From Algibacter aquimarinus (GTDB taxonomy: Bacteria; Bacteroidota; Bacteroidia; Flavobacteriales; Flavobacteriaceae), in the NCBI RefSeq assembly GCF_039543265.1, contig NZ_BAABJK010000004.1:1030003-1094002 (forward strand): 64,000 bases of DNA. Reading direction: 5' to 3'. A program made the translations under genes and the position numbers. Below are positions 30,611-41,015 of this stretch, one piece after another. Every line of letters begins with the position of its first letter. Position 1 is the stretch's first letter. The notes below the pieces were generated by a model. It was not told the origin of the DNA and made no database searches. It worked only from the letters and a program-made list of their open reading frames with translations.

Positions 30611-31249
30611 ATGGCTGAATGGTTCTCAAATTTAGAATTTATATCGAAAATTTACTGGTTAATTGCCATTATAGGCTCTTTGATATTCACCATAGTTATG
30701 ATATTAGCTTTTACAGGTGGTGATGCTGATGATATTGGAGATTTAGATTCTGATATTGATGCAGGAGCTGGTTTTCAATTTATCACTTTTAAAAACTTAG
30801 TTGGCTTTTTTACCATTTTTGGTTGGAGTGGAATCGCTTGTATTGATGCTGGTCTTTCAACACCATTGACCATAATTGTATCTATTATCTCTGGACTTTT
30901 AATGATGGTAATAATGGCAGCATTATTCTACTTTATTAGCGGATTAACCGATAGCGGAACATTAAACTATAAAAATGCTATTGATGCTATTGGCGAAGTC
31001 TATTTAACCATTGGAGCAGATCGCTCTAAAATGGGGAAAGTAAGTGTGAAAATACAAGGCAGTATGCGTGAATTAGATGCTTTAACAGATTCCCTTACCG
31101 TACTAAAATCGGGAACCATTATTAAAGTTCTCGACGTTACACCTAACGGTATTCTTATCGTTGACAAAACTAGAAAACCTATTGAGCCTTCACAATCTAA
31201 AAATGAACAGTTGCAGCAAGGTGAAAATCGTTTACTTGACAAAAATTAA
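30611..31249 (+). CDS. YqiJ/NfeD-like inner-membrane protein with a C-terminal OB-fold (flotillin partner)
   Basis: Three or four TM helices, then a beta-rich domain (KVSVKIQGSMRELDALTD...IIKVLDV). It sits directly upstream of the flotillin gene. Confidence 0.5.
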   Translation: MAEWFSNLEFISKIYWLIAIIGSLIFTIVMILAFTGGDADDIGDLDSDIDAGAGFQFITFKNLVGFFTIFGWSGIACIDAGLSTPLTIIVSIISGLLMMVIMAALFYFISGLTDSGTLNYKNAIDAIGEVYLTIGADRSKMGKVSVKIQGSMRELDALTDSLTVLKSGTIIKVLDVTPNGILIVDKTRKPIEPSQSKNEQLQQGENRLLDKN

Positions 31250-31288
31250 ATTATAAAATCTAAATACTAACCCTTAAAAATTTACAAT

Positions 31289-32713
31289 ATGAAATTACTG
31301 GCAATACAAGAGACTATTATGGACGGCATTGGTGCACCAATGCTATTAATATTCGTAGCCCTGTTTATTGTTTTAACCTTAATTATTTTAATTAAACGTT
31401 ATAAACGTTGTCCATCAGATCGCATTTTGGTGGTCTATGGAAAAGTTGGTGGCGGACAATCGGCCAAATGTATTCATGGTGGAGCGGCATTTATAATGCC
31501 TGTTATTCAAGATTACGAATTCCTAGATTTAACGCCAATTTCTATTGAAGTTAATCTTGTAAATGCATTATCGAAACAAAATATTCGTGTAAACGTACCA
31601 TCTCGATTTACCATTGGTATTTCTACAGAACCTGGTATTATGCAAAATGCTGCTGAACGTTTATTAGGTTTAGGCCAAAATGAAATTCAAGAATTAGCAC
31701 AAGAAATTATTTTCGGACAATTGCGTTTAGTTGTCGCCTCTATGGATATTGAAGAAATTAATAACGACCGTGATAAGTTTTTAACTAATATTTCTGCAAG
31801 TGTAGAATCAGAATTAAAGAAAGTTGGTCTTAAATTAATCAACGTAAACATAACAGATATTGTTGATGAATCTGGCTACATTGAAGCACTTGGTAAAGAA
31901 GCAGCTGCACATGCAATTAACGCAGCTCGAAAATCGGTAGCAGAGAAAACTAGAGATGGTTCTATTGGTGAAGCAAACGCTGTACAAGATGAAAGAACTC
32001 AAGTAGCAGCAGCAAATGCACAAGCCGTTGAAGGTGAAAATGCTGCAAAAATATCGGTTGCTAATTCAGATTCTTTACGTCGTCAAAGAGAAGCGGAAGC
32101 TGAGCGTGTAGCAATTGCTGCCGAAAAAGTACAATCGGCAAAAGCTTTAGAAGAGTCTTATGCTGCTGAGCAACAAGCGGAAGCTGCTAGAGCAGAACGC
32201 GAACGTTCATCTCAAATGGCTGATGTTATTGTACCTGCAGAAATTGATAAACGCAAAGTAGAAATTGATGCTGAAGCGGAAGCTGAGCGTATACGAAGAC
32301 GTGCAAAAGGTGAAGCAGACGCTATACTATTCAAAGCGGAAGCTGAAGCAAAAGGATTATACGAAGTCTTAACCAAGCAAGCTGCTGGTTTAGATGAAAT
32401 TGTAAAAGCTGCTGGAAATAATAGTAGAGATGCCGTATTATTACTTATTGCAGATAAATTACCTGAATTAGTAAAAACTCAAGCAGATGCGATTAAGAAT
32501 ATTAAAATCGATAAAGTTACTGTTTGGGATAATGGGGGAAATAGTGAAGATGGTAAATCATCTACAGCAAATTTCTTATCAGGAATGTATAAATCTGTTC
32601 CACCTTTACAAGAAATGTTTAATATGGCTGGTATGGATTTGCCTGAGTATCTAAAAGGTAAAGACAAAAAAGCTATTGAAGCTGAAATAAATAAACAAGA
32701 TGATAAATCTTAA
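31289..32713 (+). CDS. Flotillin / band-7 (SPFH) protein, YqiK-like, with a long Ala/Glu-rich coiled coil
   Basis: N-terminal TM, an SPFH domain (ISIEVNLVNALSKQNIRVNV...), then an EA-repeat coiled coil (AEAERVAIAAEK...EAEAERIRRRAKGEADA); 474 aa. Confidence 0.8.
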   Translation: MKLLAIQETIMDGIGAPMLLIFVALFIVLTLIILIKRYKRCPSDRILVVYGKVGGGQSAKCIHGGAAFIMPVIQDYEFLDLTPISIEVNLVNALSKQNIRVNVPSRFTIGISTEPGIMQNAAERLLGLGQNEIQELAQEIIFGQLRLVVASMDIEEINNDRDKFLTNISASVESELKKVGLKLINVNITDIVDESGYIEALGKEAAAHAINAARKSVAEKTRDGSIGEANAVQDERTQVAAANAQAVEGENAAKISVANSDSLRRQREAEAERVAIAAEKVQSAKALEESYAAEQQAEAARAERERSSQMADVIVPAEIDKRKVEIDAEAEAERIRRRAKGEADAILFKAEAEAKGLYEVLTKQAAGLDEIVKAAGNNSRDAVLLLIADKLPELVKTQADAIKNIKIDKVTVWDNGGNSEDGKSSTANFLSGMYKSVPPLQEMFNMAGMDLPEYLKGKDKKAIEAEINKQDDKS

Positions 32714-32720
32714 ATATACA

Positions 32721-32750
32721 AAACCCGCTTTAATGGCGGGTTTTATTTTT
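32721..32750 (+). terminator. Intrinsic terminator after the flotillin operon
   Basis: AAACCCGC-TTTAATG-GCGGGTTTTATTTTT. Confidence 0.75.
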
Positions 32751-32851
32751 CTTGTAAGTCAAACCTATCTTCTAAATACTAATGATTAAAAAAACAATTA
32801 TTAAATTTTAATTACGTTTTATTAACTTTGGTTTACTAAACTAAATGCACA

Positions 32852-33712
32852 TTGTCACTAAATCTTCAAGATATTCCGCGTGTAAAAAATATTAGTAAAG
32901 CGGATTTTTTAAAACACTATTTTAAACCACAAAAACCTGTGGTTATCGAGCAATTTATTGATAGTTGGCCGGCTTACAACAAGTGGAGTTTAGATTATAT
33001 GAAATCTGTTGGAGGGCATTTAACCGTTCCGTTATATGATGACAGACCTGTAGATTATAAGGAAGGATTCAATGAGCCACATGCCAAAATGAAACTTGCC
33101 GATTATGTAGATTTATTAAAACGCGAGCCTACTAAATACCGTATATTTCTTTGGAATGCTTTAAAAGAAATTCCTGAATTACAAAACGATTTCACATTTC
33201 CCGATTTTGGCTTAAGATTAATGAAAGGGCTACCCATGTTGTTTTTTGGTGGCAGGAATTCGCACACATTCATGCACTATGATATTGATTTAGCCAACAT
33301 TTTTCATTTTCATTTTGAGGGCACAAAACAATGCATTTTATTCGATCAAAAACAAAACGATTATTTGTACAAAATACCGCACTCGTTAATTACCCGAGAA
33401 GATATCGATTTTAATAACCCCGATTTTAAAAAATGGCCTGCTTTAAAAAAGGCAAAAGGTTATAAAACTGAATTAAACCATGGTGAGGTATTATACATGC
33501 CAGAAGGCTACTGGCACTATATGCGCTACATAACACCTGGGTTTTCTATGAGTTTACGGGCCATAACCAGAAACCCAAAAAACTTTAGTAAAGCTATTTA
33601 CAATTTAGTACTTATGCGTAGTTATGATAATTTAATGAGGCGTATTAAGGGGCAAAAATGGATTGATTGGAAGAATGAACAAGCCGTTTTTCGAACGCAT
33701 AAGCATTTATAA
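32852..33712 (+). CDS. JmjC / cupin-8-like domain protein (putative Fe(II)/2-oxoglutarate-dependent hydroxylase)
   Basis: HTFMHYDIDLANIFHFHFEGTKQCILF carries the HxD…H facial-triad spacing of JmjC cupins; 286 aa. Confidence 0.5.
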   Translation: MSLNLQDIPRVKNISKADFLKHYFKPQKPVVIEQFIDSWPAYNKWSLDYMKSVGGHLTVPLYDDRPVDYKEGFNEPHAKMKLADYVDLLKREPTKYRIFLWNALKEIPELQNDFTFPDFGLRLMKGLPMLFFGGRNSHTFMHYDIDLANIFHFHFEGTKQCILFDQKQNDYLYKIPHSLITREDIDFNNPDFKKWPALKKAKGYKTELNHGEVLYMPEGYWHYMRYITPGFSMSLRAITRNPKNFSKAIYNLVLMRSYDNLMRRIKGQKWIDWKNEQAVFRTHKHL

Positions 33713-33767
33713 ACAAAGCTTTGGTATTAAAAAACTTATGATATATTTGCCGACTTAAATTTAAGCC

Positions 33768-34283
33768 ATGAAAAAAATAATTTTATTATTATCAATATTC
33801 AGTATTTCACTTGTAAACTCACAAGCATTTATTGGTAAAAACGACAACAAATTTCAAGTAGGAGCCAACTTTCAAGATAATGGAACTGGTTTAAATATTA
33901 GTTACGACTTCGGAATTGGAGAAAATATTTCAATCGGATTATCTTCAACATACCTTTTAGGTGTTGATGATGCTTTAAAAAATAATATGATTGATGACCT
34001 AAATGCCACTTTTGACAACCGTTTTGATGTTAGAGCACGCTTTAATGCCAATCTTGGTAACGTTATAAGTTCAGATGAAAATTTTGATGTGTACCCTGGC
34101 CTAAGCTTAGGACTTAAAAATTTTGGAGGTCATTTAGGCGCACGTTATTTCTTTACTAGTGGTTTTGGTATTTATACAGAACTAAACGTGCCTTTAGCAA
34201 AATACAAAACAGGTACTTTAACGCCTGCAGAAACATTGCACAACCAATTTACATTAAATTTCGGGGCATCATTTAATTTATAA
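33768..34283 (+). CDS. Small outer-membrane beta-barrel-like protein
   Basis: Signal peptide, alternating hydrophobic pattern, Gly/Asn-rich; 171 aa. Confidence 0.3.
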   Translation: MKKIILLLSIFSISLVNSQAFIGKNDNKFQVGANFQDNGTGLNISYDFGIGENISIGLSSTYLLGVDDALKNNMIDDLNATFDNRFDVRARFNANLGNVISSDENFDVYPGLSLGLKNFGGHLGARYFFTSGFGIYTELNVPLAKYKTGTLTPAETLHNQFTLNFGASFNL

Positions 34284-34310
34284 AACTTAGGTTTTAACTT
34301 AAAAAATTTA

Positions 34311-34344
34311 AGGCAGATAAAGTTTAATACTTATCTGCCTTTTA
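34311..34344. terminator. Bidirectional terminator between the OMP gene and recX
   Basis: AGGCAGATAA-(10 nt)-TTATCTGCCTTTT preceded by an A-run. Confidence 0.7.
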
Positions 34345-34350
34345 TGGTTT

Positions 34351-34824
34351 TTAACCAATAAGTTCATTTGCCTTTTCGTACACTAAATGCGATTCCCAGC
34401 CTCTATATAGCAGATAATCGATTAATTTTTTCTTTTTCTTAAACTTGTTAGTTTCTTTAATTGTTTGTAGTCTTTTTTCGGCTAAATCATGTAAAACCTC
34501 GATGTATTCCGTGTTTTCTATTTCTGCAAGTGCTTGATTTATATTAACTTTGCTGATGTCTTTTTTCTTTAATTCAAAAGTTAATCGACGGCGGCCCCAA
34601 CGCTTAATTTTAAACTTACCACTTACAAATGTTTTGGCAAAACGTTCTTCGTTAAGAAAATTTTGATCCAAAAGGTGAACTATAATCACATCGATAGCTT
34701 CGGGTATCATGCGCATAGTTTCCAATTTTTGTCTAACTTCTTGATGACACCGTTCTTGATACGCACAATAATGCTCCAATTTTTTGGTGGCTTCTTGTAC
34801 AGTATATGTTTTTTTTGATTGCAT
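34351..34824 (-). CDS. recX: RecA regulator RecX
   Basis: 157 aa with three tandem helical repeats; YCAYQERCHQEVRQKL is typical of RecX. Confidence 0.75.
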   Translation of the reverse strand: MQSKKTYTVQEATKKLEHYCAYQERCHQEVRQKLETMRMIPEAIDVIIVHLLDQNFLNEERFAKTFVSGKFKIKRWGRRRLTFELKKKDISKVNINQALAEIENTEYIEVLHDLAEKRLQTIKETNKFKKKKKLIDYLLYRGWESHLVYEKANELIG

Positions 34825-34910
34825 GGTTTGGTCAAAAATAACAATAGAAAAATTAAAATAGTTTATAAAAATTTATAAAAGCCAAATCTAAATTTAAAGA
34901 CTTAACAATT

Positions 34911-37301
34911 ATGAGAAAAATTACTCCATTAAAATCCCTTACTTTTTTAATTGCCTTTTTATCGGTGGTTACTTTTGGGTTTGGGCAAAGTATATTTGAC
35001 AACCCTATCCCTACAATCCCCGGAACAAACCCTGGACAAAGTAATCCTTATACATTTGGACAAAATGTAAATGCAAATATTACTGTTTCAGGAATTGGAA
35101 GAGGTTCTGGTGTTACTGGAAGAGTTGCAACTGGGCGATACAATACTAGCAGCTGGAACACTACTACATTAGACAACACAGCATATTTAGAATTCACTTT
35201 AACACCCAATACCGCTTATGAAATTGATTTTGTTAGTTTTGAATATAATTCACAAGCAAGTAACGCAAGTATTTCAAATTTTGCTTTTAGAAGTAGTTTA
35301 GATGGATACACTACTGATATTGGAACTCCAACAGTAACAGGAACAACAATAGACTTATCTGGAGCAACTTACCAAAATATCACAAGTGCTATTACCTTTA
35401 GATTTTATGTTTGGGGAGCTAGTAGTGTTTTAAATGCGTTTAGCATAAATGACTTTACTTTTAACGGTGTAGTATCTCCTGCATCATGTACTTCATCAAT
35501 AACTTGGGATGGTGCTGTATGGAGTAATGGTACTGGACCAGATTTAACAACTTTGGCAACCCTAAACGCTAGTTATAATACAACTACAGACGGAGGTAGT
35601 ATTAGTGCTTGTAGTTTAATTGTTGCAAACGGCGCTACTTTAAATATTGCTGACAATGATTATGTGGAAGTTGATAACAATTTATTTGTAAACACAGGTG
35701 GAATTATTACAGTTCAGCCTTATGGTGCTTTTATTCAAAATAACGATTCTGGTACAGTAACCAATAATGGCTTAATTGAAGTAGCAAAAGAAACCGCTCC
35801 ATTAAGTAATTGGTACGAATATACATATTGGAGTTCTCCTGTTTCTGGTGCTTTGGTACAAGATGCTTTATCAGATTCTGATGCTAGCAGACGCTTTACA
35901 TTCACTGCACAAAACTTTTTAGATGCTACAGCAGAAACTGCAAATAACAATGCTGTTATTGCTGGACAAGATGATATTGATGACAATGGAGATGATTGGC
36001 AGTCAATTGCTGGCACAACAGTCATGCAAGCCGGTATTGGTTATGCTGCAACACATTCTGAAGCTGCATTTATTGTTCCTCCTGGGCCCTTTACACCACC
36101 ACAATTTAGGTATACCTTTCAAGGAGATTTTAATAATGGAATAATAAATGTTCCTGTTTATAGAAATGATGGAAGTGCTTTAGATAATAATTGGAATTTC
36201 CTAGGAAACCCTTACCCATCAGCAATTGAAATTGATGCTTTTATGACAGAAAATATGTATAATGCTGCTACAAATCCAACAGGAACTTTGGAAGGAGCAA
36301 TATATTTTTGGTCTCAAAATACCGATTTTGCAGATACTGCTAACGGTAATCAAGCCTTAAATTTTGATACTACAGATTATGCAACTCATAACGGAACAGG
36401 TGGAACAACCGGAGGAGACGGTGTTACACCTAATGGTTTTATACCTTCTGGACAAGGCTTTTTTGTTTCATTCGCTGAAAGTGCTCCTTCAAATACCGGA
36501 ACAGTTGTTTTTAACAATGCGATGCGAAGTTTAAGTTTATCTCCAGATAATAGTCAATTCTTTAAAAGTTCAAATACTAAAAAGAGTTCTAGTGATAATG
36601 CAAATAAATTATGGCTTGATTTAACATCAGACAATGGTGTGTTCAATCAAATTTTAGTAGGTTATGTAGACGGAGCTACTGATGGTGAAGACGGTGCTTA
36701 TTATGATGCTAGAAAAGTTGTTGCTCCAAAAGCTTTTGCTGCACTTTACTCATCTATCGAGGGTTCTGCTAACAAATTTGTAATACAAGGGAAATCACCA
36801 AATACCCTAGATACAGATGAAGTTATAAATCTTGGATTTAGCACAACTATAGATGTTCCTACCTTGTACAAATTATCTATAGCTAATTTACAAGGCGACT
36901 TTTTAACAAATAATACGGTTTACTTAAAAGATAATTTATTAGATAAACTTCATGATTTATCGGCTAGCGATTATACGTTTACTTCTGCTGTTGGTGAATT
37001 TAATTCACGTTTTGAAATTGTATTTAGTGCTAGTTCTCTATCAACTGATAATACCGATTTAGACCTAAAAGCACTTACTATAGTGCAATTAGACAATAAC
37101 AATGTTAGGTTTAAAATGTCGGACAACAGAAGTATACAATCTGTAAATATTTATGATGTTTTAGGCAGACAATTATATAATTTAAAAGGTGATAGCAATT
37201 CTGAAACTTATAACCTTTCCAACTTAAATGATGCTGTTTATCTTGCTAAAGTGGAGTTATCTGATGGTAGCGTAATTACTAAAAAAGCTATTAAAAGATA
37301 A
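34911..37301 (+). CDS. Secreted protein with a T9SS type-A C-terminal sorting domain; N-terminal domains of unknown function
   Basis: Signal peptide, Thr/Asn/Gly-rich. The C-terminus ...VNIYDVLGRQLYNLKGDSNSETYNLSNLNDAVYLAKVELSDGSVITKKAIKR is the Por-secretion CTD (type A). Confidence 0.65.
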   Translation: MRKITPLKSLTFLIAFLSVVTFGFGQSIFDNPIPTIPGTNPGQSNPYTFGQNVNANITVSGIGRGSGVTGRVATGRYNTSSWNTTTLDNTAYLEFTLTPNTAYEIDFVSFEYNSQASNASISNFAFRSSLDGYTTDIGTPTVTGTTIDLSGATYQNITSAITFRFYVWGASSVLNAFSINDFTFNGVVSPASCTSSITWDGAVWSNGTGPDLTTLATLNASYNTTTDGGSISACSLIVANGATLNIADNDYVEVDNNLFVNTGGIITVQPYGAFIQNNDSGTVTNNGLIEVAKETAPLSNWYEYTYWSSPVSGALVQDALSDSDASRRFTFTAQNFLDATAETANNNAVIAGQDDIDDNGDDWQSIAGTTVMQAGIGYAATHSEAAFIVPPGPFTPPQFRYTFQGDFNNGIINVPVYRNDGSALDNNWNFLGNPYPSAIEIDAFMTENMYNAATNPTGTLEGAIYFWSQNTDFADTANGNQALNFDTTDYATHNGTGGTTGGDGVTPNGFIPSGQGFFVSFAESAPSNTGTVVFNNAMRSLSLSPDNSQFFKSSNTKKSSSDNANKLWLDLTSDNGVFNQILVGYVDGATDGEDGAYYDARKVVAPKAFAALYSSIEGSANKFVIQGKSPNTLDTDEVINLGFSTTIDVPTLYKLSIANLQGDFLTNNTVYLKDNLLDKLHDLSASDYTFTSAVGEFNSRFEIVFSASSLSTDNTDLDLKALTIVQLDNNNVRFKMSDNRSIQSVNIYDVLGRQLYNLKGDSNSETYNLSNLNDAVYLAKVELSDGSVITKKAIKR

Positions 37302-37324
37302 ACGGATTTAAAATTTAAATTCCC

Positions 37325-37357
37325 AAAGCCGCAATCTGTAGATTGTGGCTTTTTTTA
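37325..37357 (+). terminator. Intrinsic terminator of the T9SS-CTD protein gene
   Basis: AGCCGCAATC-TGTA-GATTGTGGCTTTTTTT. Confidence 0.8.
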
Positions 37358-37822
37358 TGTAATTTCTAACCAAGCGTATATCATCCAATAAACACTGCCT
37401 CTTATCTATTTTTAAGTTATTCATCAAAAATATTTTCCTTTGAACAAGTTTTTTAGAGGGAAATGAGACATCAATGTATATTTGTTAAGTAATTGATTTA
37501 CAGTATTTTAAAATGATAAAAAAACACGACAAACTGTAAAACATTGCAAAAAACATGGATAAACAGAAAGACCATGTAAAAAATATCGATAAAGTAATAT
37601 TAATTTAAAAAATAATAAAAATGGAAAAAATTACTCAAAAGATTAAAGCGTTTATGAAAGCTTTAAAAGAGATTGCTATTGCTGCATCATATGCAACAAG
37701 TAGATAAAAAAGAATCTTGTTTAATTAATTGGTTTAACTCAAGAACGAGTTCACTTTTAATTAAGCGTAATAATTTCACGAGGTAATAACACTTCTGTTT
37801 TTACCATTATTAACAACTCCTA

Positions 37823-37861
37823 GCAATCTGTTTAACTTAAGTTAAACAGATTGCTTTTTTT
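37823..37861 (+). terminator. Second, orphan + strand intrinsic terminator ~470 nt after the first, ending a candidate small transcript
   Basis: AGCAATCTGTTTAAC-TTAA-GTTAAACAGATTGCTTTTTTT: a perfect 14-bp stem and a T-run with no annotated upstream + strand gene. Confidence 0.6.
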
Positions 37862-37883
37862 GGTTCTTACCTCTAACTATACT

Positions 37884-40292
37884 TTATAAACTATATTTTA
37901 AAGACAGAATAAAATTTCTTCCGGGAGCAGCAATCCCCGATGAATACGTTTTATAACGCTGGTCTGTAATATTTTCTAACCCAGCTGTAATTGTGGTAGT
38001 ATTATTTATTTGATATTGAGTTCTAAAATTAATGGTATACCAAGATGGGCTAAAAGGATTTCCATTTTCATCGATGGCATAAATAAAATCTTTCTCAATT
38101 TCTGATGGAGCTAGCTGATTAAATGACAATTCATTATTGTAAACTGCAAAGAAATCAAACTTAAAACTTTCGTTACTCCAAACTAAATGTGTGTTTCCAA
38201 AATTTGGTGCTACATGCCTTATGGGAACTTCAATATCGCCCTCCTCCTCAGTACCACCTATAACACTGTATTGAGATGTTAATTTCAACTGGTTTGAAAT
38301 AGCTATTTTTAAACCAACTTCAAATCCATAAATCCAAGCTTTTGACGCATTTTGTATGGCTTGTACATTACTTAACTCCCCATCGTAAATAATTTCTCTT
38401 TCGCCATTTAAACTAAAATCTCGCCTAACTAATGCATTATCTAAATACGTATAATACGTATTTAAATCTAAAATAACTTTATCGTTAAAATCTAATTTTA
38501 AACCTAACTCACCACCATAAGCATATTCTGGTCTTAAGGTTTCATTTGGAACAACTACAGACCCTGGCTCTGAATCGAAAACTTTTCCAATATCATCAAT
38601 ATTTGGTGCCCTAAAAGCTGAAGATGCATTTAATTTCCATTGTATTATATCATTTGGCGACCAACTAATTCCTGCTGTTCCTGTTAAGGCTCCTGCATTA
38701 TTATTTGATGAATTAAAAGGTAAGCCTAAGTATACATTATTCTCTGTAAAATCAGCCTTAGAACTTACGTGGTTAAACCTTAAACCTGACTGAAAAACAA
38801 ACTTGGTATTAGGTTTATATTTTATACTAGAATAAATAGCTGCAGATTGCCAAGTAGCACCATTTGGGTACCTTGATATGGTTGGAAATGCTGTGTTATT
38901 TGAAATATTTTCTTCGGTACCATTTGATGCTACTTTATTAAAAACATACTCTGCACCGTAAAAAAATTGTGTTTTCGTTGAAAATCTTTTCTCTAAATCT
39001 AAATTAAAAGAATAGGCATCTACAGCCTCTTTTCTAATATCTCTAATATCTGACTGAAAGCTCCTATCCATCCTACTTTCCTTAAAGTTTTGATAGGCTA
39101 TTGTGGCTTTTATTTTATCATACAAATTAGAACTACTACTTAATTTAGTAACTTGTAAGTTAGACATAAACCACTGTTGTGGACCATACTCCCATTCTGT
39201 AGATCGCAATATATCATCTCGATATCTTATTAAACGATCGTATCTTGGAATATCTGAAGTGGTTGTATAATACACGCCTAAATCAAAACTTAAGTTTTCT
39301 AAAGGTTCGTATCGGGCTTTTTGCATTAAATTAAGTTGATTATATCCAGAAAACTTTTGAATTCGAGGATTGTTATTCTCAATTATAACATCTCCATTAG
39401 CAGTTGCTATAGCAAACTCTGGACGTAAATATGCATCTGGTCCGTGTTTACCCATTCTTAAGTCATCAAAACTAGTATAACTTGCATTGGTGACAAAAGC
39501 CCATTTTTTATATCCTAAATTAAAATCTATGTGTCCTGTTTTTTCATTACTTGCAGTAGAGTATCTTGTAACAACATTAGCTTTTAAAAGCAACGAATCT
39601 GTAAAAGATAATTCTGGTTTTTGCGTATAAAAACTCATAACTCCACCAATAGCGTCACTTCCATAAATAACAGATCCTGAACCTAAAGTAACCTCTGTAT
39701 TCTGTATAGAAAAAGGATCGATAGCTATTACATTTTGCAAATTACCGCCTCTAAAAATAGCATTATTCATTCGTACACCATCAACTGTAATTAACAACCT
39801 ATTGGTTGAAAAACCTCTAATCATAGGGCTTCCACCTCCTAATTGACTTTTCTGCACATAAACTTGCCCCGAATTTTCTAACAAATCTGCACTAGTTTGC
39901 GGATTAGAAAATGCAATACTTTTTGAGTTAATACTTACTATTTTTTGAGAAATATCCTTTTTATTCTGTTCAAATTTTGAAGCTGAAATAACAATTTCCT
40001 GTAAGCCTTCCCTATTAGATTCTAAGTAAACTCTATTTGAAGTTCCTAATTCTAATTTAGTGATTTGTTTTAGGGTATGAGATATATGTTTAAAATAAAT
40101 AATCTCTGTTTGCGAAAACTCATCTAAATTAGCTTCACCAATAAAGTTAGTAACTACACTTTTTGTTTTATCTACGTTATAAATTGCCACACCAAAAATA
40201 GGCTCTTGTGTTACCTTATTAAGAACTTTTATAGTTTGAGCCTGAATAGATAAAGAGAATAAAAAGAAAAAAAATAAGTAAAAACCCTTCAT
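37884..40292 (-). CDS. TonB-dependent outer-membrane receptor
   Basis: Signal peptide, N-terminal regulatory-like domain, plug motifs (DGVRMNNAIFRGG…), and a long barrel; 802 aa. Confidence 0.7.
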   Translation of the reverse strand: MKGFYLFFFFLFSLSIQAQTIKVLNKVTQEPIFGVAIYNVDKTKSVVTNFIGEANLDEFSQTEIIYFKHISHTLKQITKLELGTSNRVYLESNREGLQEIVISASKFEQNKKDISQKIVSINSKSIAFSNPQTSADLLENSGQVYVQKSQLGGGSPMIRGFSTNRLLITVDGVRMNNAIFRGGNLQNVIAIDPFSIQNTEVTLGSGSVIYGSDAIGGVMSFYTQKPELSFTDSLLLKANVVTRYSTASNEKTGHIDFNLGYKKWAFVTNASYTSFDDLRMGKHGPDAYLRPEFAIATANGDVIIENNNPRIQKFSGYNQLNLMQKARYEPLENLSFDLGVYYTTTSDIPRYDRLIRYRDDILRSTEWEYGPQQWFMSNLQVTKLSSSSNLYDKIKATIAYQNFKESRMDRSFQSDIRDIRKEAVDAYSFNLDLEKRFSTKTQFFYGAEYVFNKVASNGTEENISNNTAFPTISRYPNGATWQSAAIYSSIKYKPNTKFVFQSGLRFNHVSSKADFTENNVYLGLPFNSSNNNAGALTGTAGISWSPNDIIQWKLNASSAFRAPNIDDIGKVFDSEPGSVVVPNETLRPEYAYGGELGLKLDFNDKVILDLNTYYTYLDNALVRRDFSLNGEREIIYDGELSNVQAIQNASKAWIYGFEVGLKIAISNQLKLTSQYSVIGGTEEEGDIEVPIRHVAPNFGNTHLVWSNESFKFDFFAVYNNELSFNQLAPSEIEKDFIYAIDENGNPFSPSWYTINFRTQYQINNTTTITAGLENITDQRYKTYSSGIAAPGRNFILSLKYSL

Positions 40293-40295
40293 GGA

Positions 40296-41015
40296 TTAAC
40301 TAAAAACTTGATTAAATATCTGTAAAGATTTTGGTGTTTTAAAACTTCCCAAATGTAGTTCAAAATACAGCAAAATCATACTTAAAAACGATTGCCTTTG
40401 TTTGGCATTAATTTTAACTGAAGATAATGCATCAAATGTTGTGCCTAAAAGCTGTTTTAAGAGCAATAGATTTTCACCTGATATTGAGTATTTATCTGAT
40501 TTTTTATTTTCAAATTTCCCATCACTCAAGTTAAAAAAAGGGTATTCTGTATTATTTAAATCGGGGTAAAATCCTAAATATTTGGTAAAATTAAGCAGAA
40601 AAAGTAAATGAAAATTTGAATATTCTGAATGGTTATCAAGCCACAGTAAGGTGGTTTCAATATAACTAAAAAGTGTTTCGTTTTGCTCTTCTTCTTTTAA
40701 AGTATTAGTTAATACTTCAGCTAAAAACATAACTATTGCGCTTTTTAAAACATGAGTATGTAAGCTACTATAGAGATGATTTAATTTAGTTTCTTTAATA
40801 GTGTGAAGAGTCCTATTATTCTTGTGATCAATTACCAATTGCAGTTGAGAGAATAATTGAAAATATGCCGTTTTAGCACTTCCTTTTTTACTCTTTAAAA
40901 CACCTCTTAAAAGAAAGCTTACAACACCTAATTGTTGTGTGTAACACTTTACAATAAGGTCGTTATCTTTATATTTTAACTTTGAAAGAACAATGGCATT
41001 AGTAGTTATTAACAT
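40296..41015 (-). CDS. recO: DNA repair protein RecO
   Basis: N-terminal OB (TNAIVLSKLKYKDNDLIVKCYTQQLGVVSFLLRG) characteristic of RecO; 239 aa. Confidence 0.75.
   Translation of the reverse strand: MLITTNAIVLSKLKYKDNDLIVKCYTQQLGVVSFLLRGVLKSKKGSAKTAYFQLFSQLQLVIDHKNNRTLHTIKETKLNHLYSSLHTHVLKSAIVMFLAEVLTNTLKEEEQNETLFSYIETTLLWLDNHSEYSNFHLLFLLNFTKYLGFYPDLNNTEYPFFNLSDGKFENKKSDKYSISGENLLLLKQLLGTTFDALSSVKINAKQRQSFLSMILLYFELHLGSFKTPKSLQIFNQVFS

Noticed and set aside
31700-32400. A repetitive Ala/Glu-rich stretch (AEAERVAIAAEK…EAEAERIRRRAKGEADA) that might have been a DNA-level repeat element
   Set aside because: It is the coiled-coil tail of the flotillin/SPFH protein. That is low-complexity protein sequence, not a mobile or regulatory repeat.
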